NCBI GenBank assembly: GCA_963752475.1
Contig: CAVVYR010000008.1
Span: 512,001-576,000 of the forward strand
From: an uncultured Chloroflexia bacterium
GTDB lineage: Bacteria; Chloroflexota; Limnocylindria; Limnocylindrales; CSP1-4
DNA length: 64,000 nt
Reading direction: 5' to 3'
Every line of letters begins with the position of its first letter. The stretch's first letter is position 1. A program made the position numbers and the translations under genes. This document shows, in pieces, positions 43,272 to 53,234 of the stretch. The notes beneath the pieces were generated by a model that saw only the letters and a program-made list of their open reading frames with translations, was not told the DNA's origin and made no database searches.

Positions 43272-43718
43272 TCACTCCTCGCCGATATCCTCGTTCCAGA
43301 CGTCCGGATAGCGCTCGATGAACTCGGCCATGAGGGCCTTGCACTCGGGCGAGTCGAGGTTGATGACCTCCACGCCGCGCGAGCGCAGGTAGTCCTCGCC
43401 GCCCATGAAGGTCTCGTTCTCACCGATGACCACGCGGGGGATGCCGTAGAGCAGGATGGCGCCGGTGCACATATCGCAGGGTGAGAGCGTGGTGTACATC
43501 GTGGCCCGCTTGTAGACCGAGGCGTGGAGTCGGCCGACGTTCTCGAGGCAGTCGGTCTCACCGTGGCGGATGACCGAGCCCTGCTGCACGCGCTTGTTGT
43601 GGCCCGAGCCGAGGATCTTGCCGTCGGCCACGAGCGCGGCCCCGACCGGGACGCCACCCGCGGCCAAGCCCTGCGCGCCCTCGTCGATAGCGATCTTCAT
43701 GAAGTCGTGGTCGTCCAC
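43272..43718 (-). CDS. Cytosine/nucleoside deaminase (yeast FCY1-like)
   Basis: HGETDCLE, LSPCDMC, GENETF, WNEDIGE; GAGGAGG RBS before GTG. Confidence 0.92.
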   Translation of the reverse strand: MDDHDFMKIAIDEGAQGLAAGGVPVGAALVADGKILGSGHNKRVQQGSVIRHGETDCLENVGRLHASVYKRATMYTTLSPCDMCTGAILLYGIPRVVIGENETFMGGEDYLRSRGVEVINLDSPECKALMAEFIERYPDVWNEDIGEE

Positions 43719-43740
43719 GGTTCCCTCCTCTTGTCGGCAT

Positions 43741-44658
43741 CTAGGACCGACGATACGGCTTGAGGTAGGCGCCCGGGTAGGGCACATTGCGCCCGGACAG
43801 GGCGAGCGCGAGGATGACGATGAGGTACGGCAGCGCGAGCATGACTTCGTTGGGGATGTCCTCGAAGCCGGGCGTGATGCGCAGGCGCAGGCCCAGCGAG
43901 TAGACGGCCGCGAAGATGAGCGCGCCCAAGACGCCGCGGAAGATGCGCCAGCGCCCGAAGATGACGAGCGCGATGACCACCCACCCGCGTCCCGCGATGA
44001 TGTCGAGCGTGAAGGTACCCAGCACCGCGAGCGTGATGAAGGCGCCACCGACGGCCATCAGCGCGCCGCCGATCATGAGTGCGATGTAGCGCACGCGGAA
44101 GACGTTGATGCCGGCCACGTCCGCTGCCTCGGGATTCTCTCCGACCGCGCGGATCGACAGGCCCAGCGGCGTCTTCATAAGCACGTACCAGGCCAGCGGC
44201 ACGACCACGAAGAAGGCGATGTAGGTGAGCCCGTACTGCTCGGCGACGGTGTCGAGCGGCGCCGGCAGGAAGCCGAAGATCTCCCATTCACCCATGGGCT
44301 CGATGCGCGGCAGCGAGCCGCCAGTGAAGATCATGCGGTTGGCGAACTCCGACAGGCCGATGAGCACGATGGTCAGACCCAGGCCGCTGACGTGCTGGTT
44401 CGCTCCCAGCGTCACCGTCATCAGCGCCATCAAGGCACCAGCGATGAGGCCCACGACGATGGCCCCGAGCAGGCCGATCCAGGGATCGCCCGTCTGATAG
44501 GCCACGGCGAAGCCGAAGAAGGCACCCGCGTACATCGTGCCCTCGACGCCCAGGTTGAGGATGCCCGCGCGTTCGGTGTAGGTCTCGCCCACGGTGCCGT
44601 AGACGAGCGGCGTGGCGTTGCGGAAGGTGGCCGCGATGATGTCGGCGAAGAACATCAT
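43741..44658 (-). CDS. Nucleoside ABC transporter permease
   Basis: ERAGILNLGVEG, RAVGENPEAA, AGRGW, LPY. Confidence 0.92.
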   Translation of the reverse strand: MMFFADIIAATFRNATPLVYGTVGETYTERAGILNLGVEGTMYAGAFFGFAVAYQTGDPWIGLLGAIVVGLIAGALMALMTVTLGANQHVSGLGLTIVLIGLSEFANRMIFTGGSLPRIEPMGEWEIFGFLPAPLDTVAEQYGLTYIAFFVVVPLAWYVLMKTPLGLSIRAVGENPEAADVAGINVFRVRYIALMIGGALMAVGGAFITLAVLGTFTLDIIAGRGWVVIALVIFGRWRIFRGVLGALIFAAVYSLGLRLRITPGFEDIPNEVMLALPYLIVILALALSGRNVPYPGAYLKPYRRS

Positions 44659-45815
44659 GTCGGTGGCTCCTCGACCGGTGCCGCGCCTTCGGGTCTGTCT
44701 GGTGGTTCATCGGGCTCGGGTTCGCCTTCATCGGGCGGCCGGTCGTCCTCACGGGTGGTGCGCCAGCGGTAGACGGCGAGCGCGCCCACGACGACCAGCA
44801 GCAGCGTGCCCTGCACCACGTCACCGACCTGGCTTGGGATCTGCAGCGAGCGGACCGCCGAGGAGGCGCCGACCGAGAGGTCGCCTAGCAGCAGGCCTGC
44901 CAACAGCACGCCCGGCATGGTCAGACCGCCGAGCATGGCCACGACCACGCCGGTGTAGCCGAAGCCGGGCGAGACGCCCTCGGTCAGGCGGAACTGGATG
45001 CCGGCGACCTCGCTGACCCCGGCGATACCGGCGACGGCACCGCTGACGAGCGCCACGCGCAGCAGCGTGCGCTCGACCTTGATGCCGGCGAAGCGGGCAC
45101 CGTGAGGGGAGAGGCCCACGGCTCGGACCCGCAGGCCGGTCGAGGTGCGACCGAGGACGTACCAGGCGATGATGATGAGGACGACCGCGATGACGAAGCC
45201 GAGGTGCAGGCGCGACCGGCCGATGAGCGGGATGAACTCCGAGAGCTGCGGGAACTCGGCGGCCTCGGCGATGCGTGGCGACTCGGGGAAGCCGGTGTCG
45301 GGGTCCTTCCAGGGCCCGTGAAGCAGGCCCTGCACGACGAGCAGGGCGACCGGATTCAGCAGCAGCGTGGTCACGACCTCGTCGATGCCCATCTTCACCC
45401 GCAGCAGCGCCGGCACCAGCGCCCATGCCGCGCCTGCCAGCGCGCCCGCACCGACCATCAGCGGCAGCACCACGATGGGTGACCAGCCGTGCGCGGTCTG
45501 GCCGATGCCGGCGGCGGCGACGGCACCCATGAGCAGCTGGCCCTCGACGCCGATGTTCCAGTAGCCGGCGCGGAAGGCGATGGCTACGGCCGTGCCCGTG
45601 AAGAGGATGGGCGTGGCCTTGTTGAGCACCTCCAGCAGCGTGAACTCGCGCGTGAGCGGGGTGATGAAGTAGGCCTCGTAGGCCTCGATGGGGTTGGCGC
45701 CGGCGATGACGAAGGCGCTGCCGCTGACCGCGAGGATGGTCACCACGGCCACGACCGCGATCATGCCGAAGCGGCCCAGTCGGTTCTCGGCCATGCGTCG
45801 CAGCTCGAGCGTCAT
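44655..45815 (-). CDS. Nucleoside ABC transporter permease
   Basis: FRAGYWNIGVEGQ, DEVVTTLLLN, GFGYTG. Confidence 0.92.
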   Translation of the reverse strand: MTLELRRMAENRLGRFGMIAVVAVVTILAVSGSAFVIAGANPIEAYEAYFITPLTREFTLLEVLNKATPILFTGTAVAIAFRAGYWNIGVEGQLLMGAVAAAGIGQTAHGWSPIVVLPLMVGAGALAGAAWALVPALLRVKMGIDEVVTTLLLNPVALLVVQGLLHGPWKDPDTGFPESPRIAEAAEFPQLSEFIPLIGRSRLHLGFVIAVVLIIIAWYVLGRTSTGLRVRAVGLSPHGARFAGIKVERTLLRVALVSGAVAGIAGVSEVAGIQFRLTEGVSPGFGYTGVVVAMLGGLTMPGVLLAGLLLGDLSVGASSAVRSLQIPSQVGDVVQGTLLLVVVGALAVYRWRTTREDDRPPDEGEPEPDEPPDRPEGAAPVEEPPT

Positions 45816-47344
45816 GCGGACGCCTCCGCGCCTTCACGCGCGCGACCGGCCATGAGCATGCCCAGGTGCTCCGGATCGGCGTCAGCGGCCTCGATGTGCC
45901 CGACGACCCGGCCTTCGTAGAGCACGATGATGCGGTCGGACAGACCGACGAGCTCATCGAGGTCCTCCGACATGAGCAGGATGGCCGCGCCCTCGGCGCG
46001 TCGGGCCAGCAGCTCCTCGCGGACGTACTCGCTGGCGCCGACGTCGAGGCCTCGGGTGGGCTGGCTCACGATGACGACCCTGGGGTCGCGTGAGAGCACA
46101 CGCGCCAGCAGCACCTTCTGGATGTTGCCGCCCGAAAGGGTGGCTACACGGTCGTTGGGGCGGGCCTTGATGCGGTAGCGCTCGATGAGGTCCTCGGCGT
46201 GGGCCTCGATGCCCTTGCCATCGAGGCGCCCGCCCGGAGCGAAGTCGTCGATGTGCTCCATGATCAGGTTGAGCGACACCGGCAGATCCAGCACGAGGCT
46301 GGCATGGCGGTCCTCCGGGATGCGCCCGACGCCTGCGTCCATGACCTTCGTGGGGCCGGTGTTGGCCAGTTCGACCCCGTCGACGGTGATGGAGCCAGCC
46401 GTCGCACGGCGCATGCCGCTGAGGACCTCGGCCAGCTCGGTCTGGCCGTTGCCGCTGACGCCGGCTACGCCCACGATCTCGCCGCTGTGGACCTCGAGGT
46501 CGATGTCATGGAGGGCATCGAGCCCGTGATTGCCGCGCGCGGAGAGGTCACGCACCTGGAGACGCGCTTCGCCGTCGTGCCACAGCGGCTCCTGGCGGTC
46601 GACGCCGAAGGTGGGCCGTCCGACCATCATGCGCGCCAGCTCGCGCTCGTCGGTGTCGCCCGGGGCAGTCCCTACCATCTGGCCCCGGCGCATGACCGAG
46701 ACGCGGTCGCTGATGGCCCGGACCTCACCCAGCTTGTGGCTGATGAAGACGACCGAGAGGCCCTCGTCGATGAGGCGTCGGAGCGTCTCGAAGAGTGCTT
46801 CCACCTCCTGGGGCACGAGCACGGCCGTGGGCTCGTCGAGGATGAGCACCCGACAGTCGCGAGCGAGGGCCTTCACGATCTCTACGCGCTGTTGCTCGCC
46901 GACCGAGAGGTCCTGCACGATGGCATCCGGCCGGACGGCGATGCCGAAGCGGTCGGCGGCCTCCTCGACCGAACGTCGGGCGGCCTCGAGGTCCAACCGC
47001 GCGCCGCCGGCTCGCCCGAGGATGACGTTCTCGGTCACCGACATCGGCTGCACCAGGCTGAAGTGCTGGGTGACCATGCCGACCCCTGCGGCGATGGCGT
47101 CTCGTGGGGCGTGGATGGTGACGCGCTCGCCGTCCACCGCGATGGTGCCGGCGTCTGGGGTGGTGAGCCCGTAGAGGATGCGCATCAGCGTGGTCTTGCC
47201 GGCGCCGTTCTCTCCGAGCAGAGCGTGGACCTCACCCTTCTCGAGGGCGAGGTCCACCCCGTCGTTGGCGACGAGGTCGCCGAAGCGCTTGGTGATGCCA
47301 CGCAGCTCGGCGGCCAGGTCTCCCCGGCCGCCGTCTGTGGTCAT
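45812..47344 (-). CDS. Nucleoside/sugar ABC transporter ATPase (two domains)
   Basis: GENGAGKT, LSVGEQQR, GVSGNGQ, LSGGNIQK, QPTRGLD. Confidence 0.95.
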   Translation of the reverse strand: MTTDGGRGDLAAELRGITKRFGDLVANDGVDLALEKGEVHALLGENGAGKTTLMRILYGLTTPDAGTIAVDGERVTIHAPRDAIAAGVGMVTQHFSLVQPMSVTENVILGRAGGARLDLEAARRSVEEAADRFGIAVRPDAIVQDLSVGEQQRVEIVKALARDCRVLILDEPTAVLVPQEVEALFETLRRLIDEGLSVVFISHKLGEVRAISDRVSVMRRGQMVGTAPGDTDERELARMMVGRPTFGVDRQEPLWHDGEARLQVRDLSARGNHGLDALHDIDLEVHSGEIVGVAGVSGNGQTELAEVLSGMRRATAGSITVDGVELANTGPTKVMDAGVGRIPEDRHASLVLDLPVSLNLIMEHIDDFAPGGRLDGKGIEAHAEDLIERYRIKARPNDRVATLSGGNIQKVLLARVLSRDPRVVIVSQPTRGLDVGASEYVREELLARRAEGAAILLMSEDLDELVGLSDRIIVLYEGRVVGHIEAADADPEHLGMLMAGRAREGAEASA

Positions 47345-47366
47345 CGCTATCGGACTGCGGGAAGGG

Positions 47367-48374
47367 CTATTCGGGGATCACCGAGCCAGCCGGGGTGGCC
47401 TCGTTGATGTCGACGCGGAAGAGGCCGCTGACGATCTCGTCCTGCTTGGCCAGGACTTTCTCTAGCAGGTCGGCCGGGACGAGGGCCTCGTTGATCGGGG
47501 CCAGCGCTGCGCCGCCCTTGGCGACCATGCTGAAGTCCTTGAGGTCCTGGGCGGTATAGGTGCCGCCCGCGACCTGGTCGATGATGTACGCGGCGGTAGG
47601 GGTCATGTTCCAGGTCACGCTGGTCACGACGTGATCGGGCCCGTCAGCGGACTGGTCGCTCATGTTGCCGACCGCGACGAGGTCCTCCTGCACTGCGGCC
47701 TCGATGACGCCCGCGCGCTCGGCGTAGAGCACGTCGGCGCCGGCATCGATCTGCGCCAGCGCGGCTTCCTTGGCGGACGCCGGGTCGAACCAGCTGTTGA
47801 TGAAGCTGACCTTGGCCTCGACCTCGGGGTTGACCGACTGCGCGCCCTGGATGAAGGCGTTACTGATGCGATTGACCTCGGGCACGGGCACGCCACCGAC
47901 GATGCCGATGATGTTCGACTCGGTCAGGCCACCCGCGAGCATGCCGGCGAGGTACGCGGGCTCGTGGATCCAGTTGTCGAAGACGCTGAAGTTGGGGTTG
48001 GCGGGGCCGCCACCGGAGCCGAAGACGAAGGCGATATCGGGATAGTCGGCCGCCACCCGACGGACGGCTTCCTCGTTGCCGAAGGCGTCGCCGAAGATGA
48101 TGTCTGGCGCCTCGAGCTCCGAAACTTCGGTCAGCACCAGCTCCATGTCACCGCTGTAGCCGATGTCATCGACGAAGGTGTAGTCGATGCGGCCGGCTTC
48201 GGCCTCTGCGTTGAGCGCGGTGTGGATGACGCCATCCCACGGCTCCTCGATCTGCGTGGCATAGGCGCCGAAGACCTTGAGGGGCTCGTCCTGGGCGACG
48301 ACCGCGGCAGAGCTCGCGGTCACGGTGAGGGCCAGTGCGGCGGTGGCCGCAAGCATGGGGCGACGCCTGATCAT
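47367..48374 (-). CDS. BMP-family substrate-binding protein
   Basis: Signal peptide, EPAYLAGMLAG, SWFDP..KEAALAQIDAGADV. Confidence 0.92.
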   Translation of the reverse strand: MIRRRPMLAATAALALTVTASSAAVVAQDEPLKVFGAYATQIEEPWDGVIHTALNAEAEAGRIDYTFVDDIGYSGDMELVLTEVSELEAPDIIFGDAFGNEEAVRRVAADYPDIAFVFGSGGGPANPNFSVFDNWIHEPAYLAGMLAGGLTESNIIGIVGGVPVPEVNRISNAFIQGAQSVNPEVEAKVSFINSWFDPASAKEAALAQIDAGADVLYAERAGVIEAAVQEDLVAVGNMSDQSADGPDHVVTSVTWNMTPTAAYIIDQVAGGTYTAQDLKDFSMVAKGGAALAPINEALVPADLLEKVLAKQDEIVSGLFRVDINEATPAGSVIPE

Positions 48375-48592
48375 CCGATAGAACCTCCCTGGTGCCGGTG
48401 ACAGGCGCACCCAGGCGGGCGATGTCCCGGCCACTCTCGCTGCCCGAATCGTACAGGGGCCCACGCTGGAGAGGTCAAGTGCCTGCGCGGTTGCGAAGCG
48501 GGCACGTTCCGCCAAGAACCCCACGGCCAAGGCATCCACCTGCCCTTCTAGCGCCGCAACGGAGCGGCCGACCGCTCCATCGAGACCGATCG

Positions 48593-48619
48593 CGACCCCT
48601 CGTCAGTGGCGAGGGGTCG
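48593..48619. other. Intergenic hairpin between divergent genes
   Basis: CGACCCCTCG/CGAGGGGTCG stem. Confidence 0.5.
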
Positions 48620-48707
48620 TCTCGATCCGCGTTGACTGCACGTGTGCCGCTCGGCACAATCGACCGCACGGGAGGACCGACACATCCGATATCACTTGGG
48701 GCGGCCG

Positions 48708-49442
48708 ATGACTCGTGACGCAGTGCTCTCCGGGGGAGGACGCACCGCACGGGCCGCGGCGCGCGTCGCTCGGTCGGCGCTGCTGTTGTCGCTGGCGTTG
48801 GTCCTGCTCGCGTCACTGCCCATGAACGCGGCGCAGGCCACGGTCATCAAGTCGGGCTCTCGCTCGAGCGGCGCCGTGGCGCTCACCTTCGACGACGGCT
48901 GGAGCGTTGGCGCCTGCGCGAGCATCGCGAGGACGCTGCGGGCCCATGACGCCAAGGGCACGTTCTTCGTCAACGGCAACAACCTCAGGCTCCAGCCGGC
49001 CAAGTGGCGACGCATCCTGAAGGGCATGCCCGTCGGCAATCACACGCGGTCGCACAAGAACCTGAAGCTGGAGTCCTCCCGCGTCGTCACCAAGCAGATC
49101 CGCGAGAACGAGGCCCTCCATGAGCGCATCCTCGGCCGACCGATGCTCAAGGTGCTGCGGCCTCCGTTCGGGGCTCACGACCGACGCGTCCGCCGCCTTG
49201 CGGGCCAGCTGGGTTACAAGCACACCGTGCTCTGGAACGTCGATACCTTTGACTGGAAGGCGTCTTCGACGGTCGCTTCGATCGTCTCTCGCGCGACCGG
49301 TGCTCGGCCCGGGTCGATCATCCTCATGCACTGCGGACCTCGTGCCACCACCAAGGCATTGCCGGCGATCATCCGGCACTACCAGGCGCGTGGCATCGAA
49401 CTCGTCGGTCTGGGGCGGCTTCTGGGCGCGAGTGGATCCTAG
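48708..49442 (+). CDS. Secreted polysaccharide deacetylase (NodB/CE4)
   Basis: LTFDDG, GNHTRSH, RPPFG, WNVDTFDW, IILMH; start uncertain. Confidence 0.92.
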   Translation: MTRDAVLSGGGRTARAAARVARSALLLSLALVLLASLPMNAAQATVIKSGSRSSGAVALTFDDGWSVGACASIARTLRAHDAKGTFFVNGNNLRLQPAKWRRILKGMPVGNHTRSHKNLKLESSRVVTKQIRENEALHERILGRPMLKVLRPPFGAHDRRVRRLAGQLGYKHTVLWNVDTFDWKASSTVASIVSRATGARPGSIILMHCGPRATTKALPAIIRHYQARGIELVGLGRLLGASGS

Positions 49443-49655
49443 CGCGCTGCGGCCAGGTGGCCCGCGTCTCACTGGCACACCGTCGCGTGTGATCCTGAGG
49501 TCGTGCCTCGCGGACGGGCGTAGATGAAGCTCTTCGGCGCAGCCGCCGGGCGGGTCGGTGAACGCCAGTGATTCGAGCTCCGACCACGCGGCATCCCGCC
49601 GCTCCGCGACCTTCCTCAGGCCCCCTGCTTGCCTGTGAAGGTCCCACTCGCCGAA

Positions 49656-49819
49656 CTAGGCCATAGGGAGAGGCTCGGTCATTCGGTCATCGCCGTCGCC
49701 TCTTCGGAGGTCTCGGACGCAGCCGGCGATGTATCTGACGGCTCCTCCTGAGCCGTCGTCACGCCTGCGAGCGTGAGCGTCAGAACCACCGTGGTCGAGA
49801 TTGCCAGTAGCCGTCGCAT
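49656..49819 (-). pseudogene. Probable remnant of a secreted-protein gene
   Basis: Signal peptide MRRLLAISTTVVLTLTLAGVTTAQE ends at an 8-bp tandem duplication ATGACCGA-ATGACCGA that creates a stop. Confidence 0.4.
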
Positions 49820-49931
49820 CGTCCCCCCATGACTGCTTGGCGTTTGTTTGGGTTCTGCGCCCGTGGTCAACCTCACAGGCCACGGATGCCTTCGAGCACG
49901 AAGTCCATGCGGCCGAGGTGGCTGACGGCGG

Positions 49932-50777
49932 TCACGCCGGGGGATCCAGCGGTCCTGGGTGGCCGTCGCCATGCGTCGCCATCAGCGTTGCCACCAGCGC
50001 TTCTTCGGTGGGCGTCGAACCCAGACCGAGGCGTGCACCAGCGACGGCTGCCGGCGTCGGCTCCAGGCCGGCCGAGCGAAGGGCGGGCCAGGAGGCCTCG
50101 GCGAAGACCTCAGCCGGCGTTCCCGCCAGGGTGACCTGTCCACCTTGGAGCACGACGAGGCGGTCGAAGGTCTGGGCCACGAAGTGCATGTCGTGGCTGA
50201 TGCCGACGACGGTCCGCCCTTCGGCCACGAGATCGCGGATGATCCCGCTGACCAGCTCGGTACCGCGTGCGTCGAGGCCGGTCGTGGGTTCGTCGAGCAC
50301 GACGACCGGCGTCTGCATGGCCAGCACGCACGCGATGGCGAGCAGCTTGCGGCGAGTCTCGCCGAGGTCGTCGGGATGGGTGCCGAGCTGGTCGCCCAGG
50401 CCGACCTGCTCCAGCGCCGCGGTCGTGCGCGCGTAGGCCTCGGCCTCGTCGAGACCAAGGTGGCGTGGCCCGAACTCGACCTCCTGGCGTACGTTGCTGC
50501 TGAAGATCTGGCGATCCGGTAGCTGGAAACAGAGCCCGACCGTACGAGCGAGCTCTGCCACACGCAGCTCCGCGGTCTCGGCGCCGTCAAGGAGTAGACG
50601 GCCGGTAGTGGGGCGGAGGAGGCCGTCGAGATGGCGTGCGAGCGTGGTCTTGCCGCTGCCGTTGGCGCCGATCAGCGCGAGTGCCTCACCCGGCGCGATG
50701 ACGAGGTCGATGCCGGCGAGTGCGCGCGTGCCATCGGGGTAGTCGAAGGTGACGCCTTCGAGTCGCAGCTCGGTCAC
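49932..50777 (-). CDS. ECF transporter ATPase
   Basis: GANGSGKT, FQLPDRQIF, LDEPTTGLD, ISHDM. Confidence 0.9.
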   Translation of the reverse strand: MTELRLEGVTFDYPDGTRALAGIDLVIAPGEALALIGANGSGKTTLARHLDGLLRPTTGRLLLDGAETAELRVAELARTVGLCFQLPDRQIFSSNVRQEVEFGPRHLGLDEAEAYARTTAALEQVGLGDQLGTHPDDLGETRRKLLAIACVLAMQTPVVVLDEPTTGLDARGTELVSGIIRDLVAEGRTVVGISHDMHFVAQTFDRLVVLQGGQVTLAGTPAEVFAEASWPALRSAGLEPTPAAVAGARLGLGSTPTEEALVATLMATHGDGHPGPLDPPA

Positions 50778-51577
50778 CGGTGCACCTCCACGATCGCCGG
50801 GTCCAGTCCGGCATCGATGAGCATTCGGCGCAACGCGACCTCGGGTGGCTCGGCCACTCCCAACGCGGCCGTTCCGGGATCGGCCAGCACCTCGTCAGTC
50901 TTGCCGCGCGCGACGATGTTGCCCGCGCCCATCACCAGCACCGTGTCGGCCACCGTCGCGAGCTCCGCGACGCGCTGCTCGGCGAGGAGCACCGCCGCGC
51001 CGGCATCGGCAGCAGCGCGAACGGCGTCGAGCACGAGCCGTGCGGCGGAGGCGTCCAGGTGCGCGACGGGATCGTCGAGCACGAGATGGCGCGATCGCAT
51101 CGCCAGTAGCCCGGCCAGCACCACCAGCTGCTGCTGTCCGCCCGAGAGCCGCACAGGATCCCTGTCGACCAGGTCCTCGATACCTGTGAGCCGGAGCGCA
51201 GCCCCGACCCGTTCCTCGACCTCCTCGCGCACGAGCCCCAGGTTGGCCGGCCCGAAGGCGACCTCCTCGAACACGGTCTCGGCGATGAGCGAGAGCTGGC
51301 CCACGGGGTCCTGCACGCCGGTCACTACCTGCTCGGCCAGCCGGTGCATGGGCCAGTCCGCGACCGAGTCGAGGTCGATGCCGACCTGACCCGAGAGCTT
51401 CCCGCCGACCACGCGCGGCGCCAGTCCGCCGGCCACCAGACACAGCGTCGACTTGCCCGCCCCCGACGGCCCCACCAACCCCGTGATGGTGCCCTCTGCG
51501 AGGTCTAGGTCAACCCCGTGGAGCGTGTCCTTCTTTGTGCCGGGATAGCGGTACGAGACACCACGCAGGTTCAGCAC
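50774..51577 (-). CDS. ECF transporter ATPase
   Basis: GPSGAGKST, TVFEEVAFGPANLG, LSGGQQQ, LDDPVAHLD. Confidence 0.88.
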   Translation of the reverse strand: MLNLRGVSYRYPGTKKDTLHGVDLDLAEGTITGLVGPSGAGKSTLCLVAGGLAPRVVGGKLSGQVGIDLDSVADWPMHRLAEQVVTGVQDPVGQLSLIAETVFEEVAFGPANLGLVREEVEERVGAALRLTGIEDLVDRDPVRLSGGQQQLVVLAGLLAMRSRHLVLDDPVAHLDASAARLVLDAVRAAADAGAAVLLAEQRVAELATVADTVLVMGAGNIVARGKTDEVLADPGTAALGVAEPPEVALRRMLIDAGLDPAIVEVHR

Positions 51578-52338
51578 GGCAGGACTCCCGCAACGCGCGC
51601 CGCCGCCAGGGCCACGACGCCCGCGACCATGGCCCACCGACCCAGGCGCTGGGCCGTGCTGTCGCGCGGGATCCGCAGGACCGTGACTCGGCCCGGGCGG
51701 GTGAAGCCGCGTGTCTCCAACGCCAGCGTGCGTGTCTCGACCTCGCCGATGGCACCCAGCACGGTCGGTGCCGCGATGGCCACCACGCCTCGGCCACGTC
51801 GGAGCCAGCTGCCCTCCGAATCGAAGCCGCGGGCGCGTTGGGCAGCGGTGACCTCGCGAGCCTGCTCGGCCAGGCGCGGGATCATGGCCACGGCGTTGTG
51901 GATCACGAACGTCATCCGTGCCGAAAGCCCGTGGTGTCGGAGGCTGCCCACGAGGTCCGCCGGGGAGGTCGTGCGGTAGAAGAGGACGGCCGCGCCGGCC
52001 ATCGTGAGTACTCGGATGACGACCTCGGCCGCGAGCCAGGCCCCGTCGGCCAGTGTGCCCGGCGAGAAGAGCAGGTTGACCACGACCACGCTCAGCGCCA
52101 GCGGCAGGGCCAGCAACAGGCTCAGGCGGACGACCGGGACGAGCGCTCTGGCTGCGACGGCCGGCAGGAGGACCGCGGCGACCACCAACACCAGAAGGCA
52201 GACCACGCCACCCAGGACGAGCGCGACGACCATCGTGGTCACGGCCGCGACCAAGCGCGTCAACGGGTCGAGTGCGCGCCAGGCGCCAGCAGGGGCGCGA
52301 CCGGTCGATGTCAAGGGTTCATCGGGACGAGGGGGCAC
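51571..52338 (-). CDS. ECF transporter T component
   Basis: LDPLTRL, AQRARG and ALETRGF Arg motifs. Confidence 0.88.
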   Translation of the reverse strand: MPPRPDEPLTSTGRAPAGAWRALDPLTRLVAAVTTMVVALVLGGVVCLLVLVVAAVLLPAVAARALVPVVRLSLLLALPLALSVVVVNLLFSPGTLADGAWLAAEVVIRVLTMAGAAVLFYRTTSPADLVGSLRHHGLSARMTFVIHNAVAMIPRLAEQAREVTAAQRARGFDSEGSWLRRGRGVVAIAAPTVLGAIGEVETRTLALETRGFTRPGRVTVLRIPRDSTAQRLGRWAMVAGVVALAAARVAGVLPC

Positions 52339-53203
52339 CTACTCCGCGGCCGATGCCTCGGCCTGGCGCCGCTGCTCGTCCGCCACGAGCAGGGCGATGA
52401 TGAACACCGCGGCATCGGTAGCTTGCTCTGCGGGTAGGTCTGCAAGCAGCAGTGGAAGTACTCCGCATGCACGATTCACCGTTCGCGCGTGCGGGCTGTC
52501 CGCGATGAGCGCCACGGACATGCCCCCTGGATCCGTGCCCAGGCATGCTGCTACGGCCTCCCGGTCGAAGGGTGCCGCGGGGGCTGCATTCAGCTCTTCG
52601 GCGATGTCGAAGATGCCCGTGAAGATCTCGTCATCACTGAACGTGTCCGCAGAGGCCGCCTGGGCCCGGCTCTGGGGTCGTCGCTTCGTCGGGCATCTCC
52701 GTCGGCAGCGCTGGGCAGGCGGCCGCGTCCGCAGCGTAGTCCGCGGCCAGCGTGCGCGCCGCCTTCACGATCTTGGCGGTCGGTGCGCCGTTGGGTGTGG
52801 CCAGGTAGGTTCCCAGGACGAACCGCTCGCCCTTGGTCGGGAACACGCGGCCGGTCCTGGTGCCCGCGCCGTACTGTCCATCCTCTGCGTACTTCTCATC
52901 TTCGGTCAGGCAGTAGGTCGTCTCGAGGTTGAGTGTCGCGTCCGGCTGATCCGCTGGGATCCAGGCGGCCCGGATGGTGGCCTGCTTGTCCCAGTCGTCC
53001 GATCGGTAGAAGCAGCGCGCCTTGGCGAATCGCTCACCGGGCCCAGTGACCTCGCCCGATGAGAACTTCAGGGGCCCCAGCTTGCCCGGACAGGCGCTCG
53101 GTCGATCCGATCCGAGCGTGGGGAGGACCAGGAGCATCGACAGCAGGGTCGCGCCCAAGATCGCGGTTGCGGTGGAGTAGACCCGGAAGGCTCGCATCTG
53201 CAT
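52339..53203 (-). pseudogene. Secreted hypothetical protein split by one extra base near 52665-52670
   Basis: Signal peptide ORF ends at 52634; coding-like text AQAASADTFSDDEIF... continues in the next frame to the stop at 52339. Confidence 0.55.
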
Positions 53204-53234
53204 GGGGCAAGCCTGCGCTGAGCCATCGCTCTCG

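Noticed and set aside
48380-48560. Purine riboswitch upstream of the BMP gene
   Set aside because: Purine aptamer core not found; only a weak TTGACC-N19-TACGAT promoter-like sequence.
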